Origin: the human T2T-CHM13v2.0 reference genome, Homo sapiens
Direction: 5' to 3' (one strand)
Assembly (NCBI RefSeq): GCF_009914755.1
Contig: NC_060933.1
DNA length: 64,000 nucleotides
Of this stretch, positions 45,101 through 57,060 are shown one piece after another. The notes under the pieces were generated by a model. The model made no database searches, was not told the DNA's origin, and worked only from the letters and a program-made list of their open reading frames with translations. Within the stretch, counting starts at the first letter, position 1; every line of letters starts with the position of its first letter. A program made the position numbers and the translations under genes.

Positions 45101-45381
45101 TTGCTTTGTGAGCCAAGCATCTGAAGGCAGCAGTCAGCTGAGTAAAAAAGACACTTTCCTTCTTCTTTCTTTGCAAATTTGAGAAAATTTTCATGCATCA
45201 GTAACAAAAAACACATGGAATGATTTGTAAAGTTTGCAGTTGAGATAAATGAGGATTAGTGAGATTAAGCAATTTGGCCAAGATTAGACAGTGAAGTGGA
45301 ACTATGGCTTACATACATTTGACATAACCAGAATGTTAGTTCTGTTTCCACTACCTTGTGTAATCCTTATAGCAAAGAGAC

Positions 45382-45738
45382 TGATATGGTTTGGCTGTGT
45401 CCCCACGCAGATCTCAAGTTGTAACTCCCACAATTCCCATGTGTTGTGGGAGGGACCCAATGGGAGGTAATTGAATCATGGGAGTGGGTCTTTCACTTGC
45501 TGTTCTTGTGATAGTGAATGAGTCTCATGAGATCTGATGGTTTTATAAAGAGGAGGTTCCCTGCACAGGCTCTCCTTCTCTGCCTGCTGCGATCCACGTA
45601 AGACATGACTTGCTCCTCCTTGCCTTCCACCATGAGTGTGAGGCCTTTCCAGCCATGTTGAGCTGTAAGTACATTAAACCTCTTTTTCTTTCCAGTCTCG
45701 GTATGTCTTTATCAGCAGTATGAAAACAGGCTAATACA
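45382..45738 (+). mobile_element. THE1 (THE1A-like) solo LTR, antisense to GRIN3A
   Basis: tgatatggtttggctgtgtcccc ... ggtatgtctttatcagcag...ctaataca; TSD gagac/cagac; TATA-like ttttataaa and ATTAAA are retained. Confidence 0.9.
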
Positions 45739-45921
45739 CAGACTAAACATGAAATGTGGAGTTTACAGTTCATGTGGAGAAATAGGCTAAGTGAAAACTG
45801 AAAGAGCAGACCAGCTTTATGAACTGTCTCTCTGGTGACTAGATAGTATCAGTAAATTCTTACTAAGCGTTGGATGAATGAATATGCCTAAAGCATAGGA
45901 AAAGAAAAAAAATAAAAAGTT

Positions 45922-46610
45922 GAAACAACAGGTGCTAGAGAGGATGTGGAGAAATAGGAATACTTTTACATTGTTGGTGGGACTGTAAACTAGTTCAACC
46001 ATTGTGGAAGTCAGTTTGGCGATTCCTCAGGGATCTAGAACTAGAAATACCATTTGACCCAGCCATCCCATTACTGGGTATATACCCAACGGATTATAAA
46101 TCATGCTGCTATAAAGACACATGCACACGTATGTTTATTGTGGCACTATTCACAATAGCAAAGACTTGGAACCAACCCAAATGTCCAACAACGATAGATT
46201 GGATTAAGAAAATGTGGCACATATACACCATGGAATACTATGCAGTTCATGATGAGTTCATGTCCTTTGCAGGGACATGGATGAAACTGGAAACCATCAT
46301 TCTCAGCAAACTATCGCAAGAACAAAAAACCAAACACTGCATGTTCTCACTCATTGGTGGGAATTGAACAATGAGAACACATGGACACAGGAAGGGGAAC
46401 ATCACACTCTGGGGACTGTTGTGGGGTGGGGGGAGAGGGGAGGGATAGCATTAGGAGATATACCTAATGCTAAATGACGAGTTAATGGGTGCAGCATACC
46501 AACATGGCACATGTATACATATGTAACAAACCTGCACATTGTGCACATGTACCCTAAAACTTAAAGTATAATAATAATAAAATTAAAAAAAAAAACGAAA
46601 TGCAATAAAA
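45922..46610 (+). mobile_element. 5'-truncated L1PA3/4-type element (~690 bp)
   Basis: ORF 46002..46367 is the L1 ORF2 C-terminus; 3'UTR G-tract and A-tail; TSD aaaaagttga at 45914-45923 and 46611-46620. Confidence 0.9.
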
Positions 46611-46784
46611 AAAAAGTTGACTTAGAAACTAAAACTTCATGATGTTAGTTTACACAATTGCACTTAAATGTATTTCATTGGTTTAAAAAAGTAACTGTGA
46701 GTGGTAGCTATTTGATTGTTTGATAATCATCATCTGTTACAGCAGTATTCATTTAAAAAGTAACTAAAAAATTGATGATTTTGT

Positions 46785-48446
46785 AATTGCAACAGAACCC
46801 AAATAACCAAAGCAATCTTGAGAAAAAAGAGCAAAGCTAGAGGCATCATAATACTTGATTTCAAAATATACTATAAAGCTATAGTAATCAAAACAGTATG
46901 GTATTGGCATAAAAACAAACACATCGACCAATGGAACAGAATAGAGAACCCCAAAATAAATCCATGCATATATGGTCAACTAATCTTCAATGAAGGTCCC
47001 AGGAATACACAATAGTGAAAGGATAGTCTCTTCAATAAATGATGTTATAGAAACTGAATATCCATATGTAAGTGAATAATATTTGCCCTTTACCTGGCAG
47101 CATACATTAAAACCAACTCAAAATAGATTAGAGAGTTAAATGTAAGACCTGAAAACATAAAAATCTTACCAGAAAACACAGAGGAAAAGATCATTGACAT
47201 TGGTGTTGGCAATGACTTTATGAATATGACTCTAAAAGCACAGGCAACAAAAGTAAAATTAAACAAATGGGATTCCATCAAACTAAACAGTTTCTGCCTA
47301 GCAAAGTAAATAATCAACAAAATGAAAGGGCAACCTATGAAATGAGATAAAGTATTTGCAAGCCATATACCCAAGCCATATCCTCAGCCAGCAGGCCAAC
47401 TGGTCCATGGCCTGTTAAGAACTGGCCACACAGCAAGAGATGACTGGTGGGTGAGCAATGAAGCTTCATCTGTATTTACAGCCACTCCCCATCACTCACA
47501 TTATAGCCTAAGCTCTGCCTGCTGTCAGATCAGCAGCAGCATTAGATTCTTAGGAGCATGAACCCTATTGTGAACCCCACGTGCGAGGGATCTAGGTGGC
47601 AAGCATTAGATTCTTATGAGAATCTAATGATTCTGTTATGAGAATCTAATGCCTGATGATCTGTCACTGTCTTTTATCACCCCCAGATGGGATCACCTAG
47701 TTGCAGGAAAATAAGCTCAGGGCTCCCACTGATTCTACATTATGATGAGTTGTGTATCATAATGTAGAAATTATTTCATTATATATTACAATGTAATAAT
47801 AATAGAAATAAAGTGCACAATAAATGTAATGCACTTGAATCATCCCAAAACCATCCTTCCCCACCATCTGTGGAAAAATTGCCTTTCATGAAACTGGTCT
47901 CTGGTGCCAAAAGGTTGCAGACCACTGATATATGTGATAGGGGGCTAATATACAAAATATATTAGAAACTCATTCAGCTCAATAGCAAACAAACAAACAA
48001 AAACAAATAATACAATTAAAATGTGCTAAGGATCTTGAATAGATATTTTTCCAAAGAAGATATACAAATAGCCACAAAGTATATGAAGAAGTGCTCAAGA
48101 TCACTAATCATCAGGAAAACGCAAATCAAAACCACAATGAGTTATCACTTTATACCTGTTAAGATGACTATTATCAAAAGTTGAATAATAACAAGTGTTT
48201 GTGAGGATATGGAGAAAATGTAACCCTTGTACACTGACAGTGGTATTGTAAAATGATTCAGCCATTATGGGAAACACCATGGAGTTTCCTCAAAAAACTA
48301 AAAATAGAACTGCTATATGATCCATCACTTCCACTCCTGGGTATATATTCAAAGGAACTGAAATCAGTAACTTGAAGAAATATCTCTACTTTCATGTTTA
48401 TTACAGCACTATTCACAGTAGCTAAATCATGTAAGCAACCTAAATG

Positions 48447-48484
<38 letters not shown>

Positions 48485-48950
48485 CCACACGAATATTATT
48501 CAGCTCTAACACGGAAGGAAATAATGCTGTTTATGACAACACGGGTGAACTCAGAGGATATTATGTTAAATGAAATAAGCCAGACACATGAAAACAAATA
48601 CTGTATAATTCCACTTCTATGTGGAATCAAAAAAAAATTCAAACTTGTAGAAGCAGAGTAGAATGGTGGTTGCCAGGGACTGTGGAGAGGATGGCGGGAT
48701 ATTCATCAGTTATAAGATGAATAAGTTCTGGGAATTTAATGTACACTATGGTGACTGTAGTTAATAATAGTATATGGTATATATAAAATTTGGTAAGACA
48801 GTAGTTATTAAATGTTCTTACTATATCAAAACAAAAGTAACTATATAAGGTTATAGATATGTAAATAGTTAAAAATCACTTCACAATGTACACATATATA
48901 AAACATGTTAGAAAACTTAAATGCATATAATTTTCATTTTTTAAATGAAT
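46785..48950 (+). mobile_element. L1MA8/9-type 3' portion, interrupted by MER1A
   Basis: ORF 46818..47015 ([17 protein letters not shown]...DQWNRIE) is L1 ORF2; 3'UTR ataagatgaataagttctgg...atggtgactgtagttaataa; possible TSD aaaaattgat. Confidence 0.85.
47380..47927 (+). mobile_element. MER1A nested in L1MA
   Basis: gaagcttcatctgtatttacagcc, ccccagatggga, ttgcaggaaaataagctcagggctcccactgattctacattatg; right end ctggtgccaaaaggttgcagaccactg; left end rearranged. Confidence 0.85.
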
Positions 48951-49651
48951 AAAAATTGATTTTTAAATTTGTTTACTTATTAAACTCCAAATCAACTCTT
49001 CATTTTTCTTTTCATCATTTTCCGATAATTTTCAGATAAACTGGCTCATTTCCAGGTAGACTATTTCTTCTTAGAATTATAGAATGTTAGCCTTAAAGTG
49101 ATGTTACACCTTAATTAAAAATCTTTGGTTTACAGATGAAGAAACCGGAATTGATGATGTTAGGACTTGTTCAAGATCAAAGACTTGATTATTGAAAAGG
49201 TGGGATCAGAACTTAGTTCCTGGCCCCTTGAAATTACATTAGTCACTCAAAAAAAAAAAAAAAAAAAACACAGTGTGAATACATAGATATGTATGTGGTA
49301 AAGGTAAAATGGAATGAAAATAACCCTGAATATTTGTATCAATGTTTGAACTGTTGAAATGGAAATTATGGAAAAACTTAACTAGTTCTACTTCATAAAA
49401 ATTCTTCAAAATCATACTCATTTATTTAATCCGACAAGTAATACGTGACTCCATTCTCACTGTAAAACTCAAACGGAAGTTTTATAGCATAAACAAATGT
49501 ATTATCTCTTTTTCCTCTCTAATTCTATTGCCTTCTTCAGAAGTAGCCATTGTTGATTTTTCAGTGGTCATCATGAGTATTTTTGAGTTCATCTCACTTT
49601 CTCTATACCCCCATTTTCTGGGGCAGAGCTTGTTATTTAGATGTCCCTTTT

Positions 49652-52600
49652 CCCTCTATTTTTTATTAATAGAAAATAATTGCACATATTTATGGGGTAC
49701 ATGTGATATTTTGAGACATGCATACAATGTGTAATGATCAAATCAGGATGATTAGGATATTAATCATCTCAAATGTTTATCATTTTTTGTGTTATGAACA
49801 TTCCTAATTTTTTCTTCTAGCTGTTTTGAAATATAATATAAACTATTGTTAACTACAGTCACCCTACTGTGCTACCAAACACTGTAATTTATTTCTTCTA
49901 ACTGTGTTTCTGTACCTATTAAGCAACCTTTCCTCATCACCCCTCCCCCCATGCTTCCTAACCTCTAGTAACCATCATTCTACTCTCTGTCTCCGTGAAA
50001 TCGATTTTTTTAACTCCCATGTTGGAGTGAGAACATGTGATTTTTGTCTTTCTGTGCTTGGCTTATTTTACTTAAACTAATGACCTCCAGTTCCATCAGT
50101 TTTGCTGCGAATGACAAGTTCTTTTTATGGCTGTATAGTGTTCCATTGTGTATGTCACGTTTTCTTTATCCACTCATTTGTTGATAGACACTTAGGTTAA
50201 TTACATATCTTTGCTATTGTGAATAGCACTGTAAGAAACATGCAGATGCAGATACATTTCTTTGATATACTGATTTCCTTTCTTTTGGATATATACCCAG
50301 CAGTGGGATTGCTGGATCTTATGGTATGATTGCTGGATCAGCAGCGGATTGCTAGATCTACTCCTAGTTTTTTGAGAGGCCCCAATAATGTTTTCCATAG
50401 TGGCTGTACTAATTTACATTCCTACCAAGAGTGTACTAGAATTCCAATTTCTCTGCATCCTTGATGGCATATATATAGATTATATATATAAAATATATAT
50501 ATTAAATGTTATATATTATATGTTATATATTACATATATTTTATAAAAGCCATTTAACTGGGTGAAACGATACCTCATTGTGGTTTCAATTTGCATTTCC
50601 CTTATGATTAGTGATGTTGAGCATTTTTTCATATACCTGTTGGCCATTTCTATGTCTTCTTTTGAAAAATACATATTCAGATCATTTGCCCATTTTAAAA
50701 TTAGATTATTTGCTTTTGTTTTGGCTACAGAATTGTTTGAGATCCTTTTATAACCTGGTTATTAATCCCCTGTTGAATGAATAGTTTGCAAATATTTTCT
50801 CTTATTTTGCCTCTTTGCTATATTGATTTATTTTTATTTTTTTGTGGTACAGAAACCTTTTAGCTCAATGTAGTCCTGTTTGTTTATTTTTCCTCACGTT
50901 GCTTGTGCTTTTGAGATCTTACCCAAAAAATCTGCCAAGACCAATGTCCTGAAGCATTTCCCAATGTTTTTTTCTAGTAGTTTCATAGTTTCAGGTCTTA
51001 TATGTAAGTCTTTAAACCATTTTGATTTGACTTTTGTATAATGTGAGAGATGGGGGTCTAGTTTTATTCTTCTCCATATGGAGATCCAGTTTTCCTAGTA
51101 CCAGTTATTGAAGAGACTGTCTCTTCAATATGCATTGAAACAATATACACTGTTTACGCAAGGTTTATGTGTCCATTTTTATGTCAGTATTGTGCTTCCA
51201 CTTACTATAGCTTTGTAGTATATTTTGAAATCAGGTAGTGTGCTGATGCCAGGATTATTCTTTTTGCTTAGGATTGCTTTAGCTATTTGGAGCCTTTTGG
51301 GGTTACATTACAATTTTAGAATTGTTTTCTCTATTTCTTTGAAGAATATCATTTGTATTTTCATAGGGATTGTATTGAATTTGTAGATCACTTTGGGTAG
51401 TTGGGAACATTTTAACAATATTAATTATTCCAATCCATGAGCATAGGATATCTTTCCATTTTTTTCTGTCCTCTTCAATTTCTTTAATCAGTGTTTTATA
51501 GTTTTCATTCTAGAGATCTTTCTTTGGTTAAATTTATTCCTATTTTATTCTTTTGGTAGCTACTGCGCATGGGATTGCTTTCTCAATTTCCTTTTTAGAT
51601 TGTTTACTGTTGGTACATATAAATGCTACTAATCTTTGTATCCTGCAACTTTACCAAATTAATTTATTAGCTCTAATAGTTTTTTTTGTAGAGTCTTTAG
51701 GGCTTTCTAAATATAAAAAAAAATCTGTGAAAAAGGATAATTTGACTTTTTCCTTTCCAATTTGGATGCTTTTTATTTCTTTCTCTTGCTTAATTGCTCT
51801 TACTAGGACTTCCAGTACTATGTTGAATAAAAGTGGTAAAAGTGTGCATCCCTATCTTGTTCCAGATCTTACAGTAAGGGGTTTCAGTCTTTCCCCATTC
51901 AGTATGATACTAGCTGCGAGTCTGTCATATACGGCTTTTGTTGTTTTAAGGCATGTTCATGCTATACCCAGTTTGTTGAGAGTTTTATCATAAAGGGCTG
52001 CTGAATTTTATGAATGCTTTTTCAGGATCTCTTGAAATGATCATATGTTTTTTGTTCTTGATTCTGTTAATGTGATGTATCATATTTACTGAGTTGTGTG
52101 TGTTGAACCATCCTTCTGTCCTTGAGATTAATCCTACTTGGTCGTGGTGAATGATCTTTTTCAGGGGCTGTTGAATTTGGTTTGATAGCACTTAGTTGAG
52201 GATTTTTGCAACTAGATTCATCAGTGAAATATTGGCCTGTAATTTTCGCCTTTTTTTTGTGTCTTTGTCTGGTTTTGGTACTAGGATGCTGTTGATCTTG
52301 TAGAATGAGTTTGGAATTATTTCCTTCTCTTCAATTTTTTCAAAATAGTTTGAGTAGAATTGGTATTAGTTCTTTTAAAGTTTGGTTGAATTCCGCAGTG
52401 AAATTGTCAGCTCCTGGGCTTTTCTTTGATGGGAGACTTTTTGTTACTGCTTCAGTCTTGTTACTTATTATTAGTCTGTTCAGGTTTTCTATTCCTTCAT
52501 CATTTGATCTTGGTAGGTTGCATACCTCCAAGAATTTCTTCTAGGTTTTTCAATTTGCCGGAGTATAGTTGTTAATAACGGTCTCTGTTGATCCTTTGTA

Positions 52601-54603
52601 GTTCTGTGGTATCAGTTACAATGTCTCCTTTTTTGTTTTTGGTTTTATTTGTTTGCATCTTCTTTCTTTTTTCTTAGTTTAGCTAAAGGTTTGTCAATTT
52701 TGTTTACCTTTTCAAAAATCCAACTACTCATTTTGTTGATCTTTTGTATTTTATTTTAGTCTCAATTTTATTTATTTCTGCTCTGATATTTATCATTTTT
52801 TCTTCTATTAATTTTGGGTTTGGTTTATTCTTGCTTTTCTAGTTCGTTGAGGTGCATTATTTGGAAATCTTGCTTTTTTGGTGTGTTTATTGCTGTAAAC
52901 TTTCCTCTCAGAACTGCTTTTGCTGAATCCCATAGCTTTTGATGTGTTGTGTCTCCATTTTTGTTAGTCTCAAGGAATTTTTAAATTTCCTTTTTAATTT
53001 CTTTATTGACTCATTCATAGTTCAGGAGCATGTTGTTTAATTTCCATAATCTGTACAGTTTCCAACATTCCTTCTGCTATTGATTTCTAGTTTTATTTCA
53101 TCATGGTAAGAAAAGATACTCAATATGATTTTGATTTCTAAAATTTTGTTGACTTGTTTTGTGACCTTACATGTGGTCTCTATTGGAGAATGTTCCATGT
53201 GCTATTAGGAAAATGTGTATTCTTCAGCTGCTGGATGGAATGTTCTGTAAATATTTATCAGGTTCATTTGGTCTAGAGTGTAATTTAACTCCAATTTTTC
53301 CTTGTTGATATTCTGTTGTATGATCTGTTCATTGGTGAAAGTGGGATCCTGAAGTCTCTACTATTAAAGTATTACCATTAATCTCTCCCTTTAGTTCTAT
53401 TAATATTTGTTTTATGTATTTAGGTACTCCAGTGTTGAATACATTTATATTCACAATTGTTATATCCTTTTGCTGAATTGACACATTTATCATTATGTAA
53501 TGACCTTTTTTGTCACTGCTGGAGCTTTGTTAGTTTCTTTTGGTGATGTAGTATTTCCCCAAGTTTCACAATCCTTGAATCTTTACTTCGATGCCTGTAC
53601 ATTTGAGGAGACAGCCATCTCTTCCAGTTTTTGTGGGTGTTGTTTGGTGGTGTTAGAACTTTACTTCTAATGTCAGACTTAAACACTGGACTGTTTTTTT
53701 TTCCCATTATGGGAAGAACTTATAGTGAGCACTGGAACTAAAACATTGCATTGAACTTAACTCACTGCCCTGTCATTGTTTCCCCATCAGAGGAAGACAT
53801 AATGGAAACCAGAACTTAAATACTACTCTTGAACTAAATTGATGCCTTTCCATTGTTCTTAATTCTGAGGAAGACTTATCAAAAGCACCAGAGCTCAAAA
53901 GCTGCCATAAAACTATATTGCTGTCCTGCCATTGTTTCACAGTCCGGTAAAGACTAAAATGAGCACTGGAACTTAATCCTTGCCTTATAATTGTTTCCAG
54001 GCCAGGAGAGTTCTCCATGTGAGCACATGGAATTTGTGGAAAATCTGGCTAGGGTTTGGGCCTCCCTGCCTATTGTTTCCCCTGCAGCACGGTAGCATCA
54101 GCCACATGGTGTCTTTGCTGATTAGAGTGCCAAGTAGCCTCCAAGATCTGTGCACCAGTTGCTGCAAACAGTGCCCTGCTTTTTGAATCCAACTCACTCC
54201 AGGTGGTTCAGCCATATTAGCATCCCCAGTGGTTCCCATGAGACAGGGCAAGAGTGGGCTTTTCATGAAGATTCCAGACCGGTGGGGAGAATGAATCTAC
54301 GCCTCCAATTCTCTCCTCTCACATCAGCAACCATGGATCTAGGGAAATTCTCTGAATGGTGTTATGCTGGCTCGAGGGAAGAGTGGTGTAGTCTGAAATA
54401 ACTATTTCTCTTATTGGTTGCAGCCTGTCTCAATTCTGTGGGCCCAGGGGATTTTTGTGCTTCTCCTATGAGTTCTGGTGTATTCAGGGAGGTATTCTTG
54501 TTTTTGAATAGTTTCTAGCTGTATTTTTGTTGGGAGAGTTTTGCTGGGAAACTTTCTGTTCTGCCGTTTTGCTGATGTCACTGATGCACACCAGGGCTTA
54601 ACC
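49652..54603 (-). mobile_element. L1MA3/4-type element with both ends preserved and a large internal (ORF1/ORF2-start) deletion; same orientation as GRIN3A
   Basis: 3'UTR atatttatggggtacatgtgatattttg; ORF2 remnants (IIHHDQVG; LPSKKSPGADNFTAEF); jump to ORF1-start/5'UTR near 53510; 5' end reads gtgacatcagcaaaacggcaga on minus; TSD tagatgtc(cc)tttt at 49638-49651 and 54604-54615. Confidence 0.8.
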
Positions 54604-55012
54604 TAGATGTCTTTTATTGACTGCAGTCTAGAAAATGTACGACCCTTGTCTCTGGAACAAAACATAGTCTCAAACAAGTGTAGTGCATTTTGTCTGTTTT
54701 GTCTCTGAGAGTGCTAATATGGCTGAACCACCTGGAGTGAGTTGGATTCAAAGAGTGGAGCACTGTTTACAGAAATGGAATAGGAGTTGAAACTTAAATA
54801 TGTGGCTAGCTGATGTGCAAACCACGAACAGAGTAACACCATTCTTTCAGATTTCCATGACAACTTTTTGGCTACTTACCTGTTTATTTTCAGCTAAAAT
54901 ACTTCTAAAACACCTATACATTTCCTCCCAACAACCATAGCATATCAGGAAGGAGGAATTGTTTTGTTCTTCATCTGTAGAAAAGGAACCCAAACTCTAG
55001 AGATTAAGTAGG

Positions 55013-55474
55013 TGCAGTGGACTGACTATGTTAGTGGCTCCAACTCTTTTCTCCTTTCTGTTTCACACCCTTTGTCATGTCACTATTAGGCTCCTCCCCT
55101 CTAACTCTGGTCCTAGCCATGTGACTTGCTAGTAGTCACTGGAGTGTTAGCAAACATGTTCTAAGCACAGTCTTAGCAAAGTGCTTGCATCTTTGCTTGT
55201 GCCATAGCCCTCTGTTATCACCATGAGAAGGACATGCCCGAATGAGTGTGTTGGAGGATAAGACATGTGGAACAGAGCCACATCACCACAGCAAATTATT
55301 GAAGCCACTGTGTATCATCCAACAGCCAGCTGATCCCAAAATAGGTAAGTAAGTTTGGACCAGGTCAACCAAACCTGGCAAAACTTGTGAGCTATTTATA
55401 TGCTTTTTGTTGTATGCCGATATTTTATGGTTGTTTGTTTTGCAATATTATCATAGAAATAGGTGACTGATACA
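55013..55474 (+). mobile_element. MLT1H-like solo LTR inserted in a MIR
   Basis: ctagccatgtgacttgct, caccatgagaaggacatgccc, gacatgtggaacagagc, aataggtgactgataca. Confidence 0.7.
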
Positions 55475-56425
55475 GTGGTAACAACTATACGTGAGGATCC
55501 AGAAACTAAACCAAGATCTTCTGTCACTAATCTCAGCACTCATGTCATTTGGTCCAGTCTTACCTTTTGGCATTTGCACATGCTGTTACCTCTGCCTGGA
55601 ATTCCACCCCCCCACACACATTTTGTTTTCTCAAAGGTTGGTTCCTGGGTAAACTGCTATTATTTCTTTAAAACTCAGTAAGTATCACCTTTTTTCTCAA
55701 ACCTTCTCTGATCTTCCCAAGAAAGAGTTAGCCATCCTTGTGGGTACTATGTTTCCCTTTTATCTATTTTTTATTTCGTGAGTCAGGATGTAGTATAAAT
55801 ATTTGTTTATTTGTGTGTATTTCTCAAGGAAATATGTTTCTTTTAAGTCTTTTAGAATCTGTCATAGTGCCTTATTAATATATTTGGAATTATATTAATT
55901 GATATAAAAATAACATGGAAGAATAAATGAATGATTTTTTAATGAAATGTTTCAGGCATATTTCTGATTTGGTCTTAACTGCCACCTTAGTTAGGGTCCT
56001 TGGGTCAGTGATAGTTTCAAGAACAAAGACCCCATTAATATATAATCTGTATCAGTTGATAATCCCTATGAATAATACAGAAAATGTCTCTACTCCTGTG
56101 GAGAAAAACAACACCAAGCAAACCAGATAATTACAGATAATACAAAATTAAAGGAAGGAACGGAAAAATGATATGATGTGATAGAAAGTCAGGTGGGAAG
56201 GCTACTTTTGTTAAAGAGTCGTCAGAGATACTAACATACCTTTTTGATACTCTGGTGAACACATTGCTTTTCCTAATTTTATTGCAGCATTTTAATGTTA
56301 ATTTGATTACATATTTTCTGAGGATGAGGATTGTGTGCATTATTCTTTGTATCCTCCACAGACCCTATGCACAAAGAGTAGCTTGCTGGTTGATTTGTTA
56401 ATCTGAAGATGTATGCAATAAATCC

Positions 56426-56427
<2 letters not shown>

Positions 56428-56463
<36 letters not shown>
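56428..56463. repeat. (TG)18 microsatellite
   Basis: Perfect dinucleotide run. Confidence 0.95.
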
Positions 56464-56464
<1 letters not shown>

Positions 56465-56854
56465 TCATTCTTTCAGATTTTAAAATTTTTGCTACTTGCT
56501 TGGAGGGTTATTATAAGTCTGTAAATTTTATAAATAAATTTTGTAATTCTTGCTAATATTTCTGAGCTTCTTCTGAGATTTCCCATTTAAAAATGGCAAT
56601 AGGCTTTATTTTAAAGATATATATCAAAGCATAAATCCTGAATGCTATAAATGTTGGCTGTAATTCTTCCTAGAGAAGTCAAGGATGCATTTAGTTTTGG
56701 CCTATTATAAGAAGTATCAGAAAAAATCACTAGAGTGGATTCTGAGCCCTTAAATTTGATAAGATCTGTCTTTTTCATTCATTTAGTCTCCTACAACTCT
56801 GGAATTATAGGCAAAATGAAGAATTTGGATTTAACAGATAACTACAGAACATTT

Positions 56855-57060
56855 AAACAGGTCAGCTACTGTGCTAAAAGGTTTTACATACATTATTTCA
56901 TAATTGTCTGGGGACGGTGCCATGAGGAGTCATAATTTTCATTTCTATTTTTAGGTGAGGAGACTGAGGTTCAGAGTATAAGTAACTTTCCCAGGGTCAC
57001 GAAACCCAGTTATGGAACAGAGACAAAATTCAAAACCAAGATTTCTGACTTGAAACAGGA
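56855..57060 (-). mobile_element. MIR
   Basis: ggtgaggagactgaggttcagag...aagtaactttcccagggtcac. Confidence 0.75.

Noticed and set aside
53720-53980. Recurrent gagcactggaact-like units resembling a spaced repeat array
   Set aside because: These are degenerate tandem subunits of the old L1M 5'UTR. The context is eukaryotic and it is not a CRISPR array.
51553-54401. 146-aa hydrophobic ORF and neighbours
   Set aside because: Antisense or decayed frames of L1MA ORF2, ORF1 and 5'UTR.
56417-56463. AATAAA followed by (TG)18 on the + strand
   Set aside because: Only 5 nt separate the signal from the GU tract, and no + strand transcript is supported.
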